From: Octopus bimaculoides
Taxonomy: Eukaryota
Length of the DNA: 36,329 nt
Reading direction: 5' to 3'
Assembly (NCBI RefSeq): GCF_001194135.2
Contig: NC_068983.1
Coordinates: 65,587,399-65,623,727 of the forward strand
Shown: positions 24,065 to 33,581 of the stretch, one piece after another
How the letters are laid out: every line of letters begins with the position of its first letter
How positions within the stretch are numbered: position 1 is the first letter of the stretch
Program-made: the position numbers and the translations under genes
Notes under the pieces: model-generated
Told to the model about the DNA's origin: nothing
Seen by the model: only the letters and a program-made list of their open reading frames with translations
Databases searched by the model: none

Positions 24065-24486
24065 TAAAACACGCTGCTTCCCAAACACATGGTGCCATGT
24101 TCAGTCCCACTGCATAGCAATTTATGCATGTCTTCTTCTACAACCTTGGGCCGACCAAACACTTGTGAGTAGGTTTGGTAGACCGAAGCTGAAAGAAGTC
24201 CGTAGTGTATATATATTTATAAATATGTATATGATAACAATAATCCTTGGATGGAATTTATAAACATCTAATATATATATATATATANNNNNNNNNNNNN
24301 NNNNNNNNNNNNNNNNNNNNNNNNNNNNNNNNNNNNNNNNNNNNNNNNNNNNNNNNNNNNNNNNNNNNNNNNNNNNNNNNNNNNNNNNNNNNNNNNNNNN
24401 NNNNNNNNNNNNNNNNNNNNNNNNNNNNNNNNNNNNNNNNNNNNNNNNNNNNNNNNNNNNNNNNNNNNNNNNNNNNNNNNNNNNNN

Positions 24487-24525
<39 letters not shown>

Positions 24526-24720
24526 AAGAGAGAGAGAGAGAGAATTCTGAGCATGTGTGTCGTTGTGTTTGTGGTGTGTCTCACCAACGCATGACAACCG
24601 GTGTTGATGTATTTACGGCTCGTAACTTAGAGGTTCGGCAAAGAGAAGGAGATAAGGAGACTTTATAAAAAAAGGGTATTGTAGTCGAGTTATTCGACTA
24701 GAATATGTCAAACCACGCAG
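24065..24720 (+). mobile_element. tRNA/CORE-like SINE (family 3) with internal (AT)n, spanning an N-gap
   Basis: Head remnant cccaaacacatggtgccatgttcagtcccactgc, body ttgggccgaccaaacacttgtgagtaggtttggtagaccgaagctgaaagaagtccgt, then (AT)n/gap, then tail gacaaccggtgttgatgtatttacggctcgtaacttagaggttcggcaaag. Family recognised from memory. Confidence 0.65.
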
Positions 24721-24990
24721 TTTTATGACTGAAGGAAGTGAAAGGTAAAAGATAACTCAATATGAGTAATATTTTCTTGCTACGTACATGAATAGAGAGA
24801 TGTAGGTGTTTCTAACACCCTCGTCATATTTATGACAATTATAGTTTTCCTTTTGGGTAAAACATTGCACACTGTTGTCTATATTAATTTTCTGTATACA
24901 CAGTAGCGATTCGCTAAACTATCCATAGATTTTTATGGTGAAAACACTTATACTGACTGAGATTTCAGTCCGGAATCAGCTGAACTGAAG

Positions 24991-25053
24991 CAGCCTTCAC
25001 TGATGAGGCAACGGAAATTGCCGAAACTGACCGGTCAGTATAGGAAATTGCTG
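24991..25053 (+). ncRNA. Type I hammerhead ribozyme motif (Penelope/retrozyme-like minimal form)
   Basis: CTGATGA (25000-25006); stem II GGCAA-cggaaa-TTGCC (25007-25022, with G10.1-C11.1); GAAA (25023-25026); palindromic stem III CTGAC-cg-GTCAG (25027-25038); then U-A, giving a GUA cleavage triplet with scission after 25040. Stem I is imperfect. Confidence 0.75.
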
Positions 25054-25909
25054 TCACATATAAGAGAGAAACGAGAATACTGACCCAACCATATTATGAT
25101 GGTTGCCTCCCTCGAGAAAATTATTATAGTGAGGTATACTGGGAAATTGCAGTAGTAAGTAACTTGTGGTTTTATAATACACGCTGCTATGTCCTTTAGT
25201 CTGAAGTAAGCAGAGATATCGATTCGGTTTTGGACGGCAAAAGACTATCATTAACAAGTATCTATTCAATTGCCTGTCATTATGCCTGCTCCAAAGTTAG
25301 AGGTCATTATTTCAGAGAATGTTGCAATTCATACCTAAGACGTCGTTGGCTTAAATACCCGTAATATACTACGATATTCTGTGAACTATATGACATTACA
25401 CTTTCATAAAATATACTTTAGAAATATTGATTTTAAATTTGACATAATTTCTCTGGTAATTCTTCCCCACCCCCAGCTGACCATTAACCTGTAAAATTAA
25501 AAGCAATAATATGTACCTGACAATATGTGATATAATATAGATACATTTGATTTATTTCAGCAATCATACAATCTGATTAATAAATAATATAATACTATAA
25601 CTAGCACGGAGTCATTGTATACATAGATTGCTTGTATGTGTTTATTTGATTAGTTGGTGATAATGCTTTCATATTATCACTCACTTCAATTGCGAAATTC
25701 AATTTAATTGTAACATTTGTTTTGTAAATGATAGATGTTTTCGTTTGAAGAGTATATAAACGAAGTGAATAAGTTTTGCAGTAGCGAATCATTAGGTTTT
25801 TGGGGGTTTTTTAAATCTAGAATACTGTTTTGATTTGGATCTTGTGTGTGTCCGACATAGAATTTAGCTGACTGTTACATGGTTGGAAAACCGTATTTAC
25901 CGTATGTAT

Positions 25910-26028
25910 ACAACTACTACTGCTGCCATTATTACTACTACTACTGCTGCTGCTGCTGCTACTACTACTACTACTACTACTACTACTGCTACTACTACTA
26001 CTATGTAATAATAATAATAATAATAATA

Positions 26029-26061
<33 letters not shown>

Positions 26062-26165
26062 GTAATATAATATTACAATAATAATAACTATTATTATAAT
26101 GTTAATGATAATAATAATAAGAAAAGAAGAAGAAGAAGAAGAAGAAGAAGAAGAAGAAGAAGAAG

Positions 26166-26205
<40 letters not shown>

Positions 26206-26310
26206 GCAACAACAACAACAACAACAACAAAAACAACAACAACAGCAACAACAACAATAACAACAACAACATGAAGAACATGAAGAAGAACGAGAACAAC
26301 AACAATAACA
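25910..26310. repeat. Compound (TAC/TGC)n(TAA)n(TTA)n...(GAA)n(CAA)n array
   Basis: Directly visible. Confidence 0.95.
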
Positions 26311-26319
26311 AGAGCTAGA

Positions 26320-26960
26320 AAAAGAATACTCTGAAAAAGAGACTGAGAGAACTATACTGGCAGCTCAAGTCCTATCTTTGGTCACGAATTGGAGGGTCAA
26401 ACTTAGGAACCAATAAGCGTTTGCGTTGTGCCGCATCTGTAATAGATTTGACGAAACCATTGCCCATACCACGAACGAATGCCTTAGACTTGCCAAAATA
26501 TCTCTACAAGACGTGGCGAACGATCAGGTAACGAAAGTGCATCACCGGAAACCGTGCGAAAAATGGAGGCTAGAGAGAAGCAAGACATTGTATGAGCACA
26601 AAACGCATAGCATGGCGGATCGGATACTTGCAAAATCTAGTAGGGTGACCCAATTCAAACAGATCAGGTGCCAGAACATAATAGATCGGACATATATGTG
26701 CTATATATTTGATGTTGTGTGCCCCTAAACCCACGAATAATCAAGAAGGATAAAATAGATAAAGACAACCCTGTTAGGTAGGAAATAGACCGGCTATGGA
26801 AAACGATGAAGATGAATTATTGTTGGGTCTTTGGGGATAGTATCAGAAGGCATGAAAAGAAATATAAAGGAAATCAGAATAGAGTGTCCAGTAGAACTTT
26901 TACAAAAGGATTGTCTCCTTGCACAGTCTGAATAATCAGGAAAGTATTAGTTGAACAGGA
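26320..26960 (+). mobile_element. 5'-truncated R4/Dong element: knuckle plus RLE to C-terminus
   Basis: TLKK(x)ETERTILAAQ; CRICNRFDETIAHTTNECLRLAK...HHRKPCEKW...LYEHK (ORF 26426..26728); IVGSLGIVSEG and CPVELLQK near 26820-26910. Lies between (TAA/GAA/CAA)n and (TAA)n arrays. Confidence 0.85.
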
Positions 26961-27067
26961 CAGATAGCATGGTACCGTAGGTAGCAAGCAGCAAGCCCAC
27001 TACGCATGCAAGACTCCAGGAGTTCTAACAAAATCTGAGATAGAATGGAAAAAACAAATAGGACAAG

Positions 27068-27069
<2 letters not shown>

Positions 27070-27133
<64 letters not shown>

Positions 27134-27143
27134 TTAATAATAA
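27070..27143. repeat. (TAA)n array
   Basis: Directly visible. Confidence 0.95.
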
Positions 27144-27144
27144 T

Positions 27145-27290
27145 AGTAAAACAAATGAAATCCAAACTAAAACTAGAACAGACCATGATAAAACGATGGC
27201 AAGAAAAGCCTCTACATAGTAAATACTGGGCTAAACTAAATGCAAAAGAAATAGACAGAAAAATCCCAGCAATGGTTGAGAAGAGTATTT
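27145..27290 (+). mobile_element. Short R4/Dong fragment (W-x-EKPLH motif)
   Basis: VKQMKSKLKLEQTMIKRWQEKPLHSKYWAKLNAKEIDRK starts immediately after (TAA)n 27070-27143. Confidence 0.7.
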
Positions 27291-27329
27291 GAGAACTCGG
27301 CTTGTGCTCCAATCGAAGCTAAATGGCCA

Positions 27330-27545
27330 CTATAAGATTAGAGCTATTAACATGTGGGCTGCACAAGCAGTTTTGAGGGACTAAGCTGATTACAGCGAAT
27401 CCAGGGTCCAACTGGTACTTATTTTATTGACCGCGAAAGGATGAAAAGCATAGTCGACTCGGGCGGCATTCGAATTGACAACGTAAAGACGGACGAAATG
27501 CCGCTAAGCACTTTGCCCAGCGCGCTAACTTTTCGGCAAGCTCAC
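27330..27545 (-). mobile_element. SINE family 2 copy
   Basis: ggtacttattttattgaccgcgaaaggatgaaaagcatagtcgactcgggcggcattcgaattgacaacgtaaagacggacgaaatgccgctaagcac matches 8470-8600. Confidence 0.8.
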
Positions 27546-27548
27546 TGC

Positions 27549-27627
27549 ACTACTACTACTACTACTACAACTACTACTGCTACTACTACTACTACTAGTA
27601 GTAGTAGTAGTAGTAGTAGTACTACTA

Positions 27628-27661
<34 letters not shown>

Positions 27662-27673
27662 AGCTACTGCTGC
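27549..27673. repeat. (TAC)n(TAG)n(TAC)n(TGC)n array
   Basis: Directly visible. Confidence 0.95.
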
Positions 27674-28333
27674 GGATCTTTTTGGTTTGACGGGCAACAC
27701 TTGTTTTCTTAACGAAACACTTTCAAACTTGAGACACTGGTAGAATGTGTCATATAAAACAACTTTTTCTCTTAGCCTTCTTAACAAAAAATTGTACATC
27801 GCAAGTTATTTCATGTTAAAGTTGTCGTATTTCTGTAATTTCAACCAATCACTGACGTCTATTCAGCTGAATACAGTTACTGGTGACAAAACTGTTATTC
27901 CCTGTTGACATATTTCATCCGGTTTTTTGGTTTGTTTTCTTTTGAAGCAGACACAATTACAGAAAAATGGTAATTTATACGCATATATTGTTTATATAAT
28001 AAATTACGCTGTGCGTATCTGTGTGTGTAACAATTTTTCGCTAATTGAAAAAATAAGCAGCACACGTGTTTACGAACAGTCTAGTTAATCGGAAATGTAA
28101 GAACTAACAGGGATTAATACCATATACACCGCCACAGCAGTAACTGTATTCAGCGATTGGTTGAAATTATCGAAATCAGACAATTTTTAGCATGAAATAA
28201 CTTCGAATACAAAAATGTTTATCTGTTCTATAACACAAAATATACAAGTATACGACGTTTGAAAGTGTTTCGGTACCAAAAACACTACATAAAACATAAA
28301 TGAAAAATGTTGCCCGTCAAACCAAAAAGATCC
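27674..28333. mobile_element. Fold-back MITE, copy 1 (Merlin-like; 660 bp)
   Basis: Perfect 26-bp TIR GGATCTTTTTGGTTTGACGGGCAACA / TGTTGCCCGTCAAACCAAAAAGATCC. Flanks ACTGCTGC (27666-27673) and ACTGCTGA (28334-28341). ~200-bp imperfect subterminal inverted arms. No ORF. Confidence 0.9.
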
Positions 28334-28430
28334 ACTGCTGATGATGACGATGAGGATGATAATAACGATACTGTTGCTGCTACTGCTGGTGCTGCTACTA
28401 CAACTACTGATGATGATGATGATGACGATG

Positions 28431-28489
<59 letters not shown>

Positions 28490-28542
28490 GAAGAAGAAGA
28501 AGAAGAAGAAGAAGAAGAAGAAGAAGAAGAAGAAGAAGAAGA
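28334..28542. repeat. (TGA/TGC)n(GAT)n(GAA)n array
   Basis: Directly visible. Confidence 0.95.
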
Positions 28543-28919
28543 ATTTAGGCACAAAGCTATCAATTATTGATTGGAGGCGGTTAGTCAGTAATATCGACCC
28601 AGAATTTCTATTATTGTGACCCCGGTGGGAAGCGGAAGCACTGATATTATCAATATCATCAGTATCCCCATCAAATCTTCCATCGCTGTTTTATTACAAC
28701 AGTAACAGCTGTGCATGTTTATCTCTTCCTAAGATATAAATTCACCGACCTATTTAACAGTACATTTTCTACCATGCCAGAATTTATCAATAATAACACA
28801 ATGAAATCATTCTAGATTTGAAAAGTCACACTCACAATTTTTTTTCTCTCTTTTCATAAAGCGAACGGTAGTATTTTACCACAACAACTATACATATGTG
28901 TGTGTGCACGTACGAATGT

Positions 28920-28978
28920 ATGCTTGTATGTATATATGTATATGTATATATACACACACACACACATATATATATATA

Positions 28979-29060
<82 letters not shown>
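28920..29060. repeat. (AT)n-dominated dinucleotide array
   Basis: Directly visible. Confidence 0.95.
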
Positions 29061-29061
<1 letters not shown>

Positions 29062-29505
29062 TTACACACGCACGTATGTACATATCGGAAAATGGAAAAT
29101 TAGAGAGCAAATCCGAAAGGGACTTACAGCTGGAATGTATCAGGCTGTAGCTCAGTAAAACATAGAAAACAAAGGGTGGGGTCACGTATCGAGCATGGTT
29201 CTTCGTCTGAAAGAGGAGAGAGGAAGGGTCCAGGGAGAGGGGGAAATCTCCAAGAAAAGCAACAGGGTGGTTACATGAATATCTGGTTACCTAGATCCAA
29301 GCCTCTTTCATTGGAATCCCAGCATCAACAAGATATTTTTCTATGTACGTATTATGTAAGTACCTATGTATGTAAATGTGCAGATTTGTGTGTTTCGTTT
29401 TATGTATGTCTTCTCGTGCATGCTCATATATATTTAAATGATAAAAGTGCTTTATGTATGTTTTCTCATGCATATATTTGCATATCTAGACATGCTCATA
29501 TATAC

Positions 29506-30990
29506 TTAACTGATAACGTTCTGGAAAGTTTTTGCTGTGATGGACTGGATCTGTAGTCTTCGAATCAGCTTTCTCCTCTCCGGTTTTGTGAAGCTTAATT
29601 TCTCAAGATTGGTATTTAGGCAGTGTGTTACATATCCCAGTTCTCTAATAATTACAGTTATAAATCTGTACTTGTAATCTGGATAGAGTAACTGCAAATT
29701 TCTCAATAGTTCAGCATAGGTCTTCTCTTTTTCACTGATCTTGAGTTTTATGTTAACATCTGCTGGGCAGTTAATTTCCACAACTTTGCACAGTTTCTCT
29801 TCTCTATTCCAAATCATTATATCAGGTATGTTGTGCTTACATTTTATTATGGTCTTCACAGGGACATTCCACCAGTATTCCTGATTTTTTATGAGTGGCT
29901 ATGGCTTCTACCATATTGTGGTTTCTTATTTCTTTGTCCTCGTCATTATCCTTCCGACGGATTTCATTATAGAGTGTCCTAGCTACAACATCATGTCTCA
30001 TCGGCATGTAATATCGTGTGCTGACCTTTGCAGATGTGTGTGATATCGTGATGACGTTTACGGATGTGGGTGATATCTTCAGTGTGAAACCCACAAAGTC
30101 GGCATCGGTTGTCACATTTTACTGCTTTTCCTGCATCTCTATCCCTTTCATGCATCAGGTACTTGGTTGATATTTCTTGTTCCTGGATTGCAAACGCATA
30201 CCCTTCAAAGGGGGAGGTTGTAATCCAGTTGTTAGTTCATGATATACATCTTTGATGATCAATGTTACACGCATCTCGGAGCTTCCTACTAACGTATCCA
30301 TGTATAGGCTTCTACTCATATAGGCTCATCCTTTCATTTGATAATAAGTTACGGTAGAGTCGTGCGACTTCTTTGGGTATGTACTTTAGGTTGTGACACA
30401 AAGAGTGCTACTCAAGGAGCTGCCTTCCAAGTCTTATGATGTTATCAGCCTCATGTATGCAAACTTGAGCAAGGGATGCACTTCGACACTTGGTGGTTTA
30501 AAATTGTTGCCGAAGAGATACGATGCGGTGTTCAAAGGCATTTTGGATCGATTTTAAACATCTGCCGCCTTGTTTACGTTTTAGGTAGAGACGGTCTATA
30601 TTACTGTTTATGTGGAAATTATGTGTGCTTGTTAATATTTTTCGGGTTTTCACATCAATGGCTCGGATCTCATCAAGCGTCCAATCAAGCAGCCCAAATT
30701 TTGGTATGAGTACTGGCACGGTAAACATATTGTGGGCCACTGAGGTCCAAATTTTTTTTGTTCGACTGTAATATTCTTTAGTGACACGTGTTGTGTTACA
30801 GATGCCACTGTAAGATATATTTTCCTCCACTCCTAGATACCTGTAACATTCTTCGTCAGATACAGATCATTGACGGAGATGCTCCTAGTCTGGTTTGTAG
30901 TCCCCCCCCCCACTTTTCACAAGCATGTAACAACATTTATCCTGACCAACTGGGTAATTTTCTTCAGCTGAATACATGTCATTACCCAAA
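29506..30990 (-). mobile_element. R4/Dong element: RT C-terminus, thumb, knuckle and RLE (same subfamily as 2868-5160)
   Basis: GQDKCCYMLV; YLGVEENISYSG...KEYYSRTKKIWTS..AHNMFTVPVLIPKFGLLDWTLDEIRAIDVKTRK (ORF 30498..30830); RHDVVARTLYNEI; KHNIPDIMIWNREEKLCKVVEINCPADVNIKLKISEKEKTYAELL (ORF 29506..29859). Confidence 0.9.
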
Positions 30991-31469
30991 TACCACAGCT
31001 TTAACACGAAATAACTTCTAAAATACAAAATTTTGTCAAAAACCTCAAGAGTAAACCCTTTTCTATGTGATACATTCTACCAGTATCCGAAGTTTCAAAG
31101 TGTTTAGTTAAAAAAAAAATTTAATCCGGCTGTCAAATTGAATAGATCCTCTTTTTCTGTCGCAAAACCCATGATGGTACTTTCTTTGTTACTTCGGTTT
31201 TGTTTACTTTTGAATATCATTCATTTAATGTTTTATAGTAGTAACCAGAGTATACAGACAGGCGTTAATCTACCACTATGTGGGCTCATCACACTATTGT
31301 AAATACTCATTATCAATTCCATTAACAGCTCTTAACACCGTTTCTATTTTTTTTTGTTTTGTTTTTTTCAATTACTTTGGTAGAGAATTCTCTCTCCTTG
31401 TGAGAGTCCTTCAAAGCCAAAGTTATTTTTTCTCGGAACATTTTAGTAAGGGCACATTTCACCGACATA

Positions 31470-31514
<45 letters not shown>

Positions 31515-31515
31515 A

Positions 31516-31919
31516 ATAATCGTTGCGCTGGTGCTTGCTATTTATCATAGTCGTAGTTGGGGGACAGTGGTCAGTTACTTCAGCCAGTAATGTAGTTTGG
31601 CTGGCAGGCACTATGGAATCTGTTGGAATATCGCTAGCTGTGAAACCACGTGCTGGTCTTCTATCATTCACGTTTTCGTTTTTGTTTATAGAGTTGAGAA
31701 GAAGGTTAATTTTCGATTTTTTAATAAAGTTACAGTTACTAACCGTCTTTCTATGTTCTAAAAAATGTTGCTTGTTGGCGCAGTTGCTCCGTAGTAAAAG
31801 GATTTAATTCTGGATGCAGATCGTCCCAATATGATTTCAATCGTTTCATATAGCCAACAGTGGGGTTTTGTTTAACCTTTTTGTTGCAGTTAAATAGATC
31901 ATTATTCAATTCATAACTC
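31516..31919 (-). mobile_element. R4/Dong N-terminal region, probably the 5' part of the 29506-30990 element
   Basis: SYELNNDLFNCNKKVKQNPTVGYMKRLKSYWDDLHPELNPFTTEQLRQQATFFRT* (31919-31751) is homologous to 2868-3008(+). Confidence 0.7.
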
Positions 31920-32375
31920 CATGTATGTATGTATGTATGTATGTATGTGTAACGACTATAACCTCTATCTTCATTTCTTCCAGATTTCTATTCTTTTCTA
32001 TAATTTACCCTCATTAGTTTATCTAATCCCAGTCCAACTGGTATAATTCGCGCAGCAGTTTAGGATTACCTTTGAGGAATATTGATATGAATGTGTTTTG
32101 CCTTGTCGAATACCTTTAATCTTTAATATATCATCTGCTTAGCTATAAACATTTCAAATGATTCAGTTATACAAAGTGCATTCTGTCCTGCTAATCCTCT
32201 TTATACCTTTACTTTGTTTGCCCTCAAGCATATAATCCAGTGCTTGAATAGTACTTCTAGTTTATTCTAAATGTTGCCTTTTAGTTTGATCTTAAATTTT
32301 ATTCCTCCTACTTAATTTCATCATATTTTACTCTATCTTATTTATTCAATCGCTACTTATTTGTTTAGATATCTG

Positions 32376-33039
32376 GGATCTTTGTGATTTGACGGCCAAC
32401 ACTTGTTTTCTTAACGAAACACTTTCAAACTTGGTACACTGGTAGAATGTGTCATGCAAAACAACTTTTTCTCTTAGCCTTCTTAACAAAAAATTGTACA
32501 TCGCAAGTTATTTCATGTTAAAGTTGTCGTATTTCTGTAATTTCAACCAATCACTGACGTCTATTCAGCTGAATACAGTCAGCGCTCTTTCGTAAACAAT
32601 CATTTTTGGCCGGTCATAAAAATGTTATTCCCTGTGACATATTTCATCCGCTTTAATCGTAATTTATACGCATATATTGTTTATATAATAAATTACGCTG
32701 TGCGTATCTGTGTGTGTATATTTTTGCCATAACCTCACTCATAACCCTAACCCTAACCCTAACCCCAACCCTAATCCTAACTCTAAAACCCGAACCCTAA
32801 CCCTAAACTAGAGATTAATACCATATACACCGTCACAGCAGTAATTGTATTCAACTGAATAGACATCAGTGATTAGTTGAAATTATCGAAATAAGACAAT
32901 TTTTAACGTGAAATAACTTCGAATACAAAATTCTATATCTGTTCTATACCACAAAATATACAAGTATACGAAGTTTGAAAGTGTTTCGGTACCAAAAACA
33001 CTATATAAAAAAATGTTGCCCATCAAATCATAAAGGTCC
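32376..33039. mobile_element. Fold-back MITE, copy 2 (Merlin-like; 664 bp) with internal (TAACCC)n
   Basis: TIRs GGATCTTTGTGATTTGACGGCCAACA / TGTTGCCCATCAAATCATAAAGGTCC. Perfect 8-bp TSD GATATCTG (32368-32375, 33040-33047). Left arm nearly identical to copy 1. Confidence 0.9.
32742..32806 (+). repeat. Degenerate telomere-type (TAACCC)n, ~11 units, inside MITE copy 2
   Basis: taaccctaaccctaaccctaaccccaaccctaatcctaactctaaaacccgaaccctaaccctaa. Confidence 0.9.
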
Positions 33040-33522
33040 GATATCTGTATACATTCAACTCACTGTTTCCATTTACAACTTACGTAATCGTAAATATCGT
33101 GAAAGTATCTCAACTTGTACACACGTTAATGCAGTGGTCCAACTTATTATTAATGTATGGATACTGTCTCCCTTATACATTTTGTTTGTAATAAGTTCTA
33201 GGCATTGAAACAATTCAATATAAATAAAATGCATTTTGATTAATTAACTGATTATTAATCTTTTATTATATCACTACCTCGAAATTAGTGCTTTGTGAAA
33301 TATTGTATCTGATTATGTGTATATGTACGATGTGTATGTGCATGTGTGCGTATGTGTATGTATATATGTATGTGTGATGTCTGTGCGTGTGTACACTGTG
33401 TGCGCGCGCTGATGGGATATGTGTGAGTTTTTTATGAATGTACTTGCTAATACATATGAATCTATGAACGACATACGTGCTAATCTGCTTATTATTATTC
33501 GTATAATGGGAATGTGTGCGTG

Positions 33523-33581
<59 letters not shown>

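Noticed and set aside
28285-28619. Poly-D/E, poly-S and poly-M/K ORFs resembling acidic or biomineralisation proteins
   Set aside because: Pure (GAT)n/(GAA)n slippage arrays open in several frames on both strands, starting inside a MITE TIR, with no splice or Kozak context.
32040-32330. Possible RTE/L2-like C-terminal remnant (ALDYMLEGK..., minus)
   Set aside because: A single short motif; insufficient to call.
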